DNA of 64,000 nt from Pseudogymnoascus verrucosus (Eukaryota): the NCBI GenBank assembly GCA_001662655.1, contig KV460228.1, one strand, 5' to 3'. Both the position numbers and the translations under genes were made by a program. The stretch's first letter is position 1, and each line of letters opens with the position of its first letter. Below, one piece after another: positions 48,004-60,890 of the stretch. The notes under the pieces were generated by a model that worked only from the letters and a program-made list of their open reading frames with translations, was not told the origin of the DNA and ran no database searches.

Positions 48004-49510
48004 TTAACCCTCCTCCTTATCCATCTCGTCTCTCCCCCTCTTCCCTGGCTTCGCTGGTCTCCTCCCCTTCAGCACAGCTCCCTTATTCCCACGATCTCCA
48101 TGCAAATTCTTCATCTCATTCCTCGCATGCCTCTGTGCCTCCTCCACCCTCGCCTTAAACACCATCACCTCATCCTTAACATACTTATACTCATTCTGCT
48201 TCATCCCCAGCGCCGCCTCAATCCTCAACCAGATCTCCACATCATACTGCGTGACGATACTAATCGCATGTCCCGACTTCCCCGCACGCGCTGTACGACC
48301 CACACGATGGATATACGTCTTGCTATCCGGGGGAAGATCGTAGTTCAGGACGACATCGACGGACGGAATATCAAGACCACGCGCCGCGACATCAGTAGCA
48401 ACGAGAATCTCGCGCGAGCCAGCGCGGAACTTATTAAGTGCGCCCAGACGCGCCGACTGCGACAGCTGGCCGTGCAGCGGGATGGCGCCGAAGCCGAGTG
48501 TGCGCAGGAGGATGGCAAGGCGCTGGGTCTCGTTCACGGTGCGGGTGAAGACGATAGCGGACTGGCCGGCAAAGTCGTTGAGGAGGTAGATGAGATAGGT
48601 GTCCTTGTGGGGGTGGGGGATGAAGAGGTAGCTCTGAAGGAGGGTCGAGACGGTTTGGTACTTGTTGGTGCTGATCTGCACGCGGAGGGGGTCGCGGAGG
48701 GAGGCGCGTTGGAGGGACTCGACTTTGGAGGACATGGTGGCGGAGAAGAGGTAGGTGCGGCGCTCGCGGGGGAGGACCTTGAGGATCTTGTCGAGGATGG
48801 GGCCGAAGTCGAGGTCGAGGAGTCGGTCGGCTTCGTCCATGACGAGGTACTTTAGGGCGCGGAGGGAGAAGCCTTTGGTGTTCTCTAGGTGGTCAAGGAG
48901 ACGACCGGGTGTCGCGACGATGATATGCGGCTTCTTGCCTAGGGCTATGGATTGAGTGACCATGTCCATGCCACCGACGATGACGGCGCATCGGACTGAG
49001 ATGAGAGCTCCAAGGCCCTCGAAGGACTTGGAGATCTGATATGCCAGTTCACGGGTCGGGGCGAGAACCAGACCAAACAGAGGTTGCGGTTTGTCTAGCA
49101 GAGCTTGTAGAATCGGCAGGGCAAATGCGGCCGTCTTTCCACTACCAGTCTCTGCGAGGCCGATGAGATCGCGTCCAGCCAAGGCTGGGGGTATTGATTC
49201 CTGCTGGATCGGGGTTGGGCTCTTGTACCCAAGGGATTCGCAGGCTTCGCATAACGAGTCGATGACTCCCTGTAAGGAATTAGTATTGAGTATGTCAAAT
49301 GTCCATCGGGGTCCGTACGAGGTCTTTGAATGTCTTGGGCGCAACATCTTCTGCGTCGACTTCCACATCACCCGCCTTCTCAGCAGCCTCAGGTGTGGGG
49401 GAGCTGCTACTCCGTGCTGGAGCTGCTGGCGCTACTGTTTTCGTCGTCTTTGGTACATCTCCAGATGCAACATCTTTAGTAATCTTCCTCTTTTTTATTA
49501 CAGACGACAT
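48004..49510 (-). CDS. RRP3: DEAD-box rRNA helicase
   Basis: [39 protein letters not shown]; one intron near 49316-49270. Confidence 0.93.
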
Positions 49511-49702
49511 TGTGGTGTTTAATGTTCAAAAGCGTCCCAGTAACGGTCCAGCGAAAGAAAGTTGTGGCTCCAGAGAAAATCTTTATCAGCTTATCGCAAT
49601 CCCTGCGCTAATTTGTAGCGCAAAGTTACTACAGCCTCGAAATTATTCCTGACTTTTCATAACCCCAACTGCAACTTGCCAGCTTGCAAGACGACGCACA
49701 AA

Positions 49703-51143
49703 ATGGCACATAAACGCACCAAGAAGCGCACTCATGTCGGGGCCAAGGGCGGCGAGAACAAGGCCGTCACTGCGAACCAGGTCAATCGCACGCCGAAGAG
49801 CATGGTTATTCGCATTGGCGCTGGCGAGGTGGGACCGAGTGTAAGCCAGTTGGTCAAGGATGTACGATTGATGATGGAGCCTGGGACTGCTGCGAGGCTG
49901 AAGGAGAGGAGGTCGAATAGGCTGCGGGATTATCTTACGATGGCTGGCCCCTTGGGTGTGTCCCATCTTATGCTCTTCTCGAGGTCGGAGTCTGGGAACA
50001 CGAACATGCGCTTGGCTGTTACGCCGAGAGGACCAACGCTTCACTTCAGAGTCGAGAAATATTCGCTCTGCAAGGACGTTAAGAAGGCACTGAAGCACCC
50101 GAAGGGAGGTGGAAAGGAATACCTTTCACCGCCGTTGGTATGTTATGCGCATTATGGTATATTATTTGGACATAACTAACCCACCCCAGCTCGTCATGAA
50201 CAACTTCACAGCCCCAGCAGCCGATGAATCAAAGCCCGAGTCCAAGAACAAAGTCCCCCGCCACCTCGAGTCCCTCACAACCACCATGTTCCAGTCCCTA
50301 TTCCCACCCATCTCTCCCCAAGCCACACCACTCTCATCCATCCGCCGCGTTCTCCTCCTGAACCGCGAAATCGACCCCAACGATGACAGCTCATACGTTA
50401 TCAACCTCCGCCACTACGCCATCACCACCAAGAAGACGGGTCTGTCACGACCGCTGCGCCGCCTTAACGCTGCTGAGAAGCTGCTGCACCAGGGTAACAA
50501 CAAGAAGAGCAAGGCTAGCTTACCGAATCTGGGAAAGCTGGAGGATATTGCGGATTTCATGATTGGCGGCGAGAATGGCGAGGGGTACATGACTGATGCG
50601 ACGTCTGGAAGTGAAGTTGAGACAGACGCGGAGGTTGAGATGCTAGAGTCTACGACTAGAAAGGTTCTCAACAGCAAGGCGAGGCAACGTGCGAGAGCTG
50701 CGGAGGCAAAGGAGGGCGATGCGCCTGGCGTTGAGAAGCGTGCGGTCAAGCTCGTTGAGTTGGGCCCGCGGATGAGACTTCGTATGACCAAGGTTGAGGA
50801 GGGTGTTTGCAACGGAAAGGTCATGTGGCACGAGTACATCAACAAGACCGCCGCGGAGCTGAAGGAGATGGATAAGGTCTGGGAGAAGAGGAGACAAGAG
50901 AAGGAGGCGAGGAAGAAGATCCAAAAGGAGAACGTAGAGAGGAAGAAGAGGGAGAAGAAGGCCAGCGGTGCGGGTGCCAAGAAGGATGGCGAGGAGGAGG
51001 ATGACGATGATGAGTACGATGAGATGGATGTGGATGAGTGGGATAGCGAGGGGCTGGAGGGAGATGCGGAGATGGAGGTGAATGAGGACGCCGAGGAAGA
51101 GGGTAATTGGGAAGAGCAGGAGAAGGAGATTGCTGCTGGTTAG
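49703..51143 (+). CDS. SSF1: Brix-domain ribosome biogenesis protein Ssf1/Peter pan
   Basis: PKSMVIRIG, PRGPTLHF, ELGPRMRL; intron 50138-50189; acidic tail. Confidence 0.93.
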
Positions 51144-51401
51144 ATGTCTGAATTTAAGGAATAGGAAAGGTTGGAGTTAGGGGCTATTGTACGGCTGGCG
51201 AACAAAGAGTTTTATTACTGTTAATCTGTTCTTGATTTGACCTATATAATGAATGTATGGGTTGCAAATACACTACGTAACATACCGCCCTGGGACATAC
51301 AGGAGTAGAAAGATGTGAGTGAGATTTGAGATTTTGCGTGGATATCCATCATTCCACATAGCATCCAAGTGTCTCCATAAGCGGTAACCCATCACCAATA
51401 C

Positions 51402-51489
51402 CCCTTTGTAGCTCAGTTGGATTAGAGCATCGGACTGTAATGTAACGCAAATCATCCGGGGGCCCCCGGTTCGATTCCGGGCGAAGGGA
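51402..51489 (+). tRNA. tRNA-Tyr(GTA) with 13-nt intron (51441-51453)
   Basis: Acceptor stem CCCTTTG/CGAAGGG, D arm GCTC/GAGC, anticodon GTA 51437-51439, T arm CCCGG-TTCGATT-CCGGG; T-run terminator near 51528. Confidence 0.95.
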
Positions 51490-52241
51490 CTATAACCCTT
51501 CAGACGAGTTAACTCGTCTACGGTATTCTTTTTTTGCTTTTTTTTAATATATATCTATTTAACTGTATTCAATCTCGGATTTTGAGGTATTTTACGTTAG
51601 AGCTAGGCGTCATTATTCCTTACCATGTCGCCCTCTGTCTGGATTTTTTTTGGAGTGAATTTTTTGCCCTAAACCGGCGAAATACCCCGCGCCTTATCAG
51701 GTTCGCTTGTGAGACATACGTGAATAACGTTCGATCCTGAGTTGAACCGCTGACCTATGTCTTCAAAAAGTGAATCAGCATCAAAATTACTACAGATTTA
51801 AAAATCGTAAATTTAATATTAGGCGCCCACCGCCATATTTTCTCCTACAAACCACAACAGACAGAGTTGTTGTCCTGCCAAAATTCACCTCCACAAGGCT
51901 AAGCGAAGCTTTTCCCCTCCAGAAAAAGTTAAAAAAAACTCGCTTAACCTCCCGACCGCCAAACCCCACAAGCCAGGAAATTTCATCTGAACCAGCCCAC
52001 CACCCGATTTCGAGACTCCCGACCTTCCTCATCATCACCACACACGCGCATCCATCGAACACCCCAACCTCCACCATCCATAAAGTTATCACTTTGATCA
52101 GTGTAGCTACTTATCTCGCAATCCACCTGAAGCAACTTACACAACCACCGCGATAACTCCGATAATCTCGCGACGATCAATACACTGCGGGGTAACCAGC
52201 CAAGCATCCCAAGAAGCTGCCAATCCCAACACCCATCCACC

Positions 52242-54475
52242 ATGGGGCGAACCCCAAATCCCCCAAAGGTCAAACGGCCCAACCCACTCAGCACCATCAG
52301 GCCAATTCGTGCCCCGACACCTGTGGCGCGCCCACCTCCTCCTGTCGGTCCCCCGAAGGCACGCAGACTATGCCCAAACAAAACTTGCCCCGCGCCTAAG
52401 ATCGAAGATGGGATCTGTAAGACATGCGGTACTATCGTGGAGGAGTCGACGATAGTGTCGGAGATCCAGTTTGGAGAGAGCGCGTCGGGAGCGGCGGTCG
52501 TGCAGGGTAGTTTTGTGGGCGCGGGGTCGGGAGCGGCAAAGAGTATGGGACCTGCGTTCCAGAGAGCAGGTGGGGGGACTGAAGATAGGGAGAAGACGCT
52601 TAGAGAAGGTATGTGAACTCGTGAGGGAAGGGTGAAGTGATATGGTTACTGACTGAGTGCTAGGGAAACGCATTATGCAAGGTTTCGCGGGTGAACATAA
52701 GATTCCGGAGTCGGTGCTCAATAGTGGTGTGCAGATCTTCAAACTTGCTGCTATGAACAACTTCATCCAGGGAAGGAGGATGAACACCGTTGCTGCCGTT
52801 TGTCTGTATACGGCAGCGCGTAAGGAGAGACCTTGTAGGGTCATGTTGATCGATTTCGCAGACTCATGCGGAGTAAGTTTATTCCCTTTAACCTTCAGGG
52901 GAAATATACTAAACATTTTCCCAGGTCAATGTCTTCAAACTCGGCCACACCTTCAAAGCCCTCCACCAAAAGATCTCCATCAGCGCCGACGGCATCATGC
53001 CCGTCCTCCCCGAAGACCTAATCTACCGCTTCGCAACGAAACTCGAATTTGGGCAAGACACCACCAAAGTCGCCGAATCGGCTGTCCGCCTCGTCCAACG
53101 CATGAGCCTCGACTGGATGGTCATGGGCCGCCGCCCCTCCGGCATCTGCGGCGCCTGCCTGATCCTCGCAGCACGAATGCACAACTTCCGCCGCACCGTC
53201 AAGGAAGTAGTATACATCGTCAAAGTCACCACCGCAACCATCCAAAAGCGTCTCGAGGAATTCAAAGTCACAGCCAGCAGCGACCTCACCGTCGAAGAGT
53301 TCCTCAGCAACCAATTCCTCGAGTCCGCGCACGACCCGCCCGCATTCTACCAGCAATCCGAGTCCTACATCGCCACCAAGAAGAAGCGGAAGCGCAAGCG
53401 CCACCCCCTCGAGGGACCGGAGGGAGATGATGAGGAATCAGAGATCCAACGCATTCTTGACTCCGCGTCTCGCCAGTCCAGCGTAGCATCCTCCATCGAC
53501 CCAGGGCTAGAAATTAACCCCTCCGGCGCCGTTCGCCGCGACGCTGACGGCTTCGCTGTCCCGCCCCTCCCGGCGGCGAAGGCAATCCCCATCGATCCCG
53601 CCCTGCTAGAAAACACCGACAACGACGACTCCCTCAATCGCCTCGTCGCGGAATACGGTGAGGATCTCCCCCCCGGCGACGGCCCACTCAAGACCTCCGC
53701 CTCGCCTGGGTCGCCGGGGAAAGTAAACGGGAAGGGGGCTACACCCCCTCCCTCGGCTAGTGCGAAATCAGTAGTCGACCAAGCGTGGGAAGAGGACGAA
53801 GAGGAAATCGAAGACGAGATCTCGGAGATGATCGCTGACCCACACACCATCGAGCACGCCAAGGCCTTCGCTACCGCTGAGCAGCGCGCCCGTGTCCACG
53901 CCATGCTTGCCTACGCCCAGGCCCCCCAGGTATCCATCCCCATGACCGCCTCAGTCGATGAATCCGAGTTCGCCGACGACCCCGAGGTGGCGAATTGTCT
54001 TCTTTCCGAGGCGGAAGCAGCGATCAAAGAGCATATCTGGGTTAACGCCAATAAAGACTGGCTCCGCGACCAAGCCGTAAAACTCTACAACCAAAAAATC
54101 GCCGATAAAGCACCCAAAGCCCGACGCAACAGAGTCAAGCGCCCTCGTATCGGGGAAGGACAAACCAGAGCGGCGAGTTCGCCGGCTGAAGCGGCGGTGG
54201 AGGTGCTGAAGGAGAGGACGTGGAGTAAGAGGATTAATTATGATGCGATTAGAGGCATCTTTGAGGGGCCGGGGAGTAAGGCTACGAGTGCGGCGCCGAG
54301 TGTGGTGGCGGAGGAGGAGGAGGAGGGGGATGTGGAGAGTACGGCGGAGGATTATAGGGTTGATGGGGAAGGGGGGGTGGGGAATGAGTTGTTGGAGGAG
54401 TTGGAGGAGGAGGAGGATGTGGAAGAGGATGTGGATGAGGGGTGGGAGGAGGGGATGGAGGATGAGGATTTTTAG
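52242..54475 (+). CDS. BRF1: TFIIIB subunit Brf1
   Basis: Zn ribbon CPNKTC..CKTCG, IVSEIQFGE, FIQGRR, GRRPSGICGACLILAARM, SKRINYD; introns 52609-52663 and 52873-52924. Confidence 0.95.
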
Positions 54476-55126
54476 GCGGGGTGGGATGGGGTGGGGTTTG
54501 TTTATGGGTGTGCGGGTGGGAATGGGGGGAGTTTATGGGATGGGGGCGTGGATGGCGTTTGCGATTGCTTTTTCTGGCGCAGAAGGGATGGGTTTTACAA
54601 CAGGCGTCTCCTAATGAACGGGGGGATATACCAACACCACCAGTTGCACGGAGTTCCATGCATAATACCCCTCACCACACAACGGAACCAAATAGACAGA
54701 TAGATGAAACACTGCACATATCACGCAGTATAATAATACAACACAAGGATAGAGGAAAGTAAACCTTTATAAATACAACTACATGTACCACCACCACCAC
54801 CACCACCACAATTAAGTGAAGTGATCCCAGCACCCCTCGCTATGCCACCCCAGCTTCCCAAAGCAGAGTAGCTATACAAAGGAAACCCTTTTTCAGCGCT
54901 GTGGCCATTCTAATGCGCCCCCCCCCCCGGCCCGCCCCTCGCTATACCGCAACAGTGATCCCTTCCTTTCTCCCCTTCCGCCCGCACGCACAGTGCCGAT
55001 AATCCAAACTTTGTACCCCTTTAGCATCCGCGTGGTTGCTATAAAGGCACAAAGTCTGGAACTATCAGCACCCTTTTCCCGCCGTGCCAAAATCCAAACA
55101 ACGACGTAGTAGGTATCACCACACAC

Positions 55127-57843
55127 TCACGCCATCACCCCCCCCTTCGGCGGCTCCGGCTCAGTAGGCGCATCCGCCGCCTTACTCCCCGGAATCGGCG
55201 CTAGGGGTTTCTCCGGCGCTCCCGTCTCAGGCCTCTTAATACTCCCACTTGGCATGAGTAGTTTCCCCTCCAACTTCTCTCCCCTAATAACCTTGAACGC
55301 CTCCTCCTTATCCAGGGTCTCGTAGTTCACCAGCGCGCGGGCAAGAAGATCCAACTCCTTGCGTTTGTCGACTAGTAAGGCGTGTGCGCGTTGGCGCGCT
55401 TCTTCGATTGTGCGACGGACTTCGGATTCGATGAGTTGTTTGGTTTCGGAGGAGAGGTGGTTGTAGTTTGTGTTTAGGTCGACGTTGCCGGCGAGGTCGG
55501 ACATGCCGAATTGGGTTACCATGGCGTAGGCGATTTGGGTTGCGCTTTCGAGGTCCTGTGGGGTGTTAGTTGGGTCTGTCTAGGAGGTAAGATAAGGAGG
55601 GGGGGGGGGGAGCTTACGCCCGAAACGCCGCTGGTAACCTGATCAGCGCCATAGATGAGTTCCTCCGCCATCTTTCCACCAAGACAAACATCGATGTGAG
55701 CGCGGTACTCGCTCATAGTCTTAGAATACTTATCAATCTCCGGCAGATGCATAGTCATACCCAGACTCTGTCCACGCGGCATGATCGTAACCTTGTGCAA
55801 CGGATTCGCGCCCTTGGTGAACATGCCCACCAGCGCGTGCCCCGCCTCATGGTAGGCAGTCATCTCCTTCTCCTTATCCGTGATGACCATACTCCTCTTC
55901 TCAGCGCCCATCATGACCTTATCCTTGGCCCACTCGAAGTCCTTCATCGAGACGGCGAGGGCCTTGGCTTTGCTGGCGTGCACGGCGGCTTGATTGATGA
56001 CGTTCTCGAGTTCGGCGCCGGAGAAGCCGGGGGTTCCTGCGGCGAGCTGCTCGAGGTTCACGTCGGTGCCGCTGATGACGTTGGTCATGTGGTGCTTGAG
56101 GATTGCCATTCTTCCGCGGACATCAGGCAAGCCAACGACAACGTTGCGGTCGAAGCGACCCGGGCGCGTGAGCGCCTTGTCGAGGGTCTCAGGGAAATTG
56201 GTGGCGGCGAGGATGATGACGCCGCTGTTCTGCTCGAAGCCATCAAGTTCGGTGAGGAGTTGGTTGAGCGTCTGCTTAGCGTACGAGGCGTCGCGGGCGC
56301 TGCGCTTGCCGCCTATGGCGTCGAGCTCGTCGATGAAGATGATAGCGGGGGACTTTGCTTTAGCGCCTGCGAAGAGCTCGCGGACGCGCTTGGCGCCGAC
56401 GCCGACGTAGATCTCATCGAATTCGCTGCCGGACATGAAGAAGAAGGGGACGCCTGCCTCGCCGGCTACTGCGCGAGCGAGGAGGGTCTTTCCGGTACCG
56501 GGAGGACCGACGAGGAGAACACCCTTGGGGAGCTTGCCACCAAGAGTCGAGAATTTTCCGGGGTTCTTGAGGAAATCCACAAGCTCCTGAAGCTCCTCCT
56601 TCGCCTCGTCGCAGCCGTGAACATCAGAGAAGCGGACTTTCTGATGCTCAGCCTTGGCCTCATTATCCGCCTTCGCATTGCCGACCTTCTTGAATATCCC
56701 CACCGACTCAATCAGCACCGTGAGGAGCGCAAAGCAGACGTAAGTGAACAACGCGAAGTAAAGCGCAAGCTTCACCCACTTAAAGATCACACTCCCAATC
56801 GTCTCCTCAACAACAACATAAAGCGGGCTCTCCTTCGCACCATTTCCCGCCCCATCCCTCCCCCTCGAAACCGCCACATTCCCCCCCCTCGACGACGCCG
56901 CAACAGCCTGTCCAATAGCCTGGAGCTGCGAATTATTCAACCCGCCCCCGCCATTATTCGCCATCCCCCCAAACCCCCCTGCCATTTCATTACCAAACCC
57001 CGCACCGCCGCCTCCACCACCAAGTCCCGAAAGCGCCTTCTGATACGCAGCCTCGCACGCATTGTTAGATGCAAAATGCCCATTCTGATACCTCTCCACC
57101 ACAATCGCGCCCATATTCGCGCGCAGCAGCGCCTGGTAAAACGCATTCTGCGCCGTCGCGCTATTGGGGTTCTTGTTCGCCACCTCCTCCATATGCGCGA
57201 GCAAGTTCCGCGAGGTGTTGGCGCCGAAGACGGTGCGCTGTTGCGGCTTCAGGATGCGCGTGAAGGGTGTGCGTGGCTGGGAGAGGCGGAAGGCGGTGAT
57301 GCTGGTAATGGATCTGGATGTGGAGAATGAGGCGGGGAGACGGCGGGCGAGGGGGTTGGCGGCGGCGAGGGTGCCGCGGCGCATTGGGGAGAGGGTGTCG
57401 CGAGCGGTGAAGGGGGTGAGGGTCGCATTTCGGTATTCGCTGAGGGAGGAGGTCAGGCCGCGGGCGGTCTGGAGACACTCGGGGAGGACAGGTTTCGATG
57501 GCTGGGGAGGGAGAGTTAGCATCAATGCGCTGAACAAGGCCGCCTGGGTTGATGGAGAACTGGGAAGAAGGAGATTAAACTTACTTGTATAACCGTCGCC
57601 GCTGGAGGCTGTACTTCCGACCGCTGCGAAGGCCTAGACTGTGTCCTCGACCCGGCACTCCGCAACGGCGCACCCATCACATTAACCATCGACGGCCATA
57701 GCTCCGTCGTAGCCGCCGCGACGCTCTGTAGACCACAAATCAGCACACCGCACTCATCCCTTTCTCTGCTCCTCCGCAATTGCAGGACGGGTTGTTGGGG
57801 CAAAAAAACCTACCGGCAAGGCAGAAGCCTGGAACGCCATCAT
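55127..57843 (-). CDS. YME1: Mitochondrial i-AAA protease
   Basis: [25 protein letters not shown]; introns 57813-57726, 57584-57502, approx. 55617-55556. Confidence 0.95.
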
Positions 57844-59144
57844 AACGGTGCGTCCCCTTCCGAAAACCCCTATAGTTGAAAACAAAGGAAAGAAATATAA
57901 CAATGGATTGAAGAAACGGCGCAGAGATGTAGGATCAAGGAGTGACCGGCCGACTTGTTGAGAGGGTGTCGCGAGATCGGTGATGTTGAGGCGACAGATC
58001 GTGTACGTCGGCATCATCAACATTTCGGCCGGTGTTCGGGGTTGTGCGCTAACCGGATGAGGTAAGGGGGCACGGCATTTGTTGGTCTGTGCGGGATTCT
58101 TAGGAGATCGATAGGAGACGATCGTGGGGACGGTAGATCTGATTAAGAATCTTTGGAAATTTGGGTAGAAATTGTGAAGTTCGGATTTTGGAGGAAATAC
58201 TTTGATATATGGGCTCTGTAGGTGGGGATGGCTGGTTATATGGATTAAGATCTCGGCCTGTTCAGTCGGATTGTTTGGTTTTGGAGTATTTTATACGACG
58301 GTTTTTGAATATACTGAATGATCCGTATCATAGTCCCATATACTTGACTCTAACTACAACTCAACACTTCACAATTGCACAGCCAAATACTCATAAGCAT
58401 ACTGTAAATAATCCATTCCCATATCTGCAGTCATTCATCCCCCAAAAACCTAACTACAAACCCTCTCTCTTTCTCAACTATAGTTACATCCTCAAAATAA
58501 TCGCCCCAAAAAACCCATCAACGACGAATAGAGAGAGAAAAAAATAGCAAAAACGACAAAAATGTGCTTCAGGGTATTTCGTTAGTACATTACATGCCCA
58601 AACCTCCCTCCCACCCCCCATCCTCCTCTCCCACCTTCCTCCCATCCCACCAGTTCCGCCGAAAATTATACACCAATCCTCCATTCCCACCAGTCATAGC
58701 TATAAAAAACCACGCAAAACAGTAAAGCCGAAGAACAAAAAACAAAAGTCCACCCATCCATCAATCAATCTCCCATCAAGGTCATCATCAAGTGGGAATC
58801 CCTAAAAGGACCCGCGAGTGTGTGCATGCGTAAGCGCTATGAATACGCAAAGATCAAAATAAAGTTGAAGACGCAAATCGAGTAGTAGTAGTGAGCAAGT
58901 GCGCCAGTGAAGAAAACAAAAAGCAGAAATAAGTAGGGCGCGCTTTTTGTGTTGGTATAGAGAGAGGGTGGTAGAGGTAGGTCGGGCGGTGGTGGTGGTG
59001 GGTTGTGTAGAGTTGAGATGGCCCGTTTCATTAGGAGGAAATGTAATAGGTGTCGGTAGTCGGTAGTTGTTCGGGGTCTCGTGGGTGTTGTGTCATCAAT
59101 ATAATAATCGGAATCTTGTGTGTGTAGTAAAGTAGGTGTGTGTG

Positions 59145-59178
59145 AGTTGGTGAGTTGGTGAGTTGGTGAGTTGGTGAG
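59145..59178. repeat. (GAGTTGGT)n tandem repeat in the probable 3' UTR of the zinc-finger gene
   Basis: About 4 exact 8-bp copies. Confidence 0.8.
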
Positions 59179-59340
59179 TTTGTGTTGGTATCGGTGTATA
59201 GACTTCTCGTATAAATCTATCCCCCTCCTCCTCGTCGGTATATATATGCGTCTGGCGGTGATATGTAAAAATCCAGCTATTCCCCGTGCTGTTTGTATAT
59301 GTGTATATTCAAGTGTCGACACCACAGCTCCGTCGACTGA

Positions 59341-60890
59341 TTAGAGATTCTCACACCTCGCACTAGGCAACTGCATACTCGGATCCTCAAACGCCTCCAT
59401 CTTCACCTGCCACGGATCATACAAGCCCTGGGTCGTATACGAGTTAATCGCACTAATCACTTCCACCGGCTCCTGAAACGGCGCTTGGGCGTACCACTGC
59501 TCTTGCGGTGTCTGGTACTGCTGCTGGGGCGTCGGGACTACCTGCTGCACCTGCACCACTTGTTGTTGTTGCTGTTGTTGGTGCTGCTGGTATTGCACAA
59601 CTGGCACCTGCTGCTGCTGTTGCTGTTGCTGGTCGATGGGAGAGGGTTGGTGGACTTGCTGGGCTGGGTATTCGAATTTCTGGAGCGGTTGTTGTTGGTG
59701 TGCGTAATACAGCTCTGGAGGCGGAGGAGTGCGTGCGGATAGCGCGGAGTAAGTATCTGAACCTGCGTCCACGGAAGGAGGGAGTGACTGTGTCGTATAC
59801 GGAATCTGGCGATCTGGGATCTGTCGAGCGATGTAGGTCTGGATATGGATATTCGGATTTGTGTTCATCGTAGCCACACCAGGGTTATTTTGCTCCGAGA
59901 TGAAGTAGGGGTGTTGTTGGTGGATAGTAGGCTGCTGCTGCTGCTGTTGTCGTTGCTGCTGAATCAGTTCCTGCGGATGTCTCTGATCCTGCAACGACAG
60001 CGAGCGATGCTGATAATGCTGCGGGCTCTCCGAGAGGCTATGACGCGGCGGGTAGATTTCCGCATTCGTCACGTAAGGTTGCGAGTTGCCGTTATGGTGG
60101 TGTCCGAAATCAGCAAACGATTGCGAGCGGTGGATGGCTTGGTGGTGGTTCTGCACCACGTTGTGGGTGATGACTGTGTTGAGGTCCTGGGGCCAGTGGG
60201 CCTGCGTCACGAGCTGGGGGGTTGAGGGCGACTCGCCCATGTCGGAGTCGGAGGTGTCGCCGTCTTCTAGCTCGGAGGAGTTGATGCCGCCGCCGCGCTG
60301 GTGGGAGCGGCGCTGGTGCTTTACCATTGTGGTTTTGCGGCAGAAACTGGAGAGGGTTAGGTTAGGATGCTCAGCTGGGAACGGGGGGGTTGCTGGGGGC
60401 ATACCTCTTCAAGCAGCCTTCGTGGGCGCATTTATACGGGCGTTTGCCGGTGTGAATACGGCGATGGCGGGCGAGACTCGAGGACTGGGTGCATATTAGA
60501 AAGATGGCCAGAGGCAAGGATGTCGGGGGAGGGCACTCACGTCTGAGAACCGCTTGCCGCATCCTAATTGCTGGCATTGGTGAGGCTTCTCGCCGGTGTG
60601 TGTGCGGATATGGACAGTAAGGGCGCTCCTCTGGATGAAGCTCTTGTTGCAGCCGGGTGTTAGGCAGGAGTATGGGCGTTCATTGGTGTGGATTCTGAAG
60701 TGTCTCTGCAGGTCGGATTTCCTGTTGAAGTTCTGTTTGCCATGCCATTAGTATGCCATCCCTCCAAGTAAGAACGGGCGTCGTGCGAGTCCGCAGAACC
60801 GGTGACTCGACTCACCTTCTGACATGACGGCCACTCGCACTGGAAGGGTCGAACAGTGGGTTCATTCTCAACCAGCTCCATGAGTTCCAT
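59341..60890 (-). CDS. C2H2 zinc-finger transcription factor (5 fingers, Gln-rich C-terminus)
   Basis: [58 protein letters not shown]; 3 introns; polyQ tracts. Confidence 0.92.

Noticed and set aside
47881..48855. 324-aa plus-strand ORF
   Set aside because: Antisense shadow of RRP3 caused by codon bias
55696..57330. 544-aa plus-strand ORF
   Set aside because: Antisense shadow of YME1
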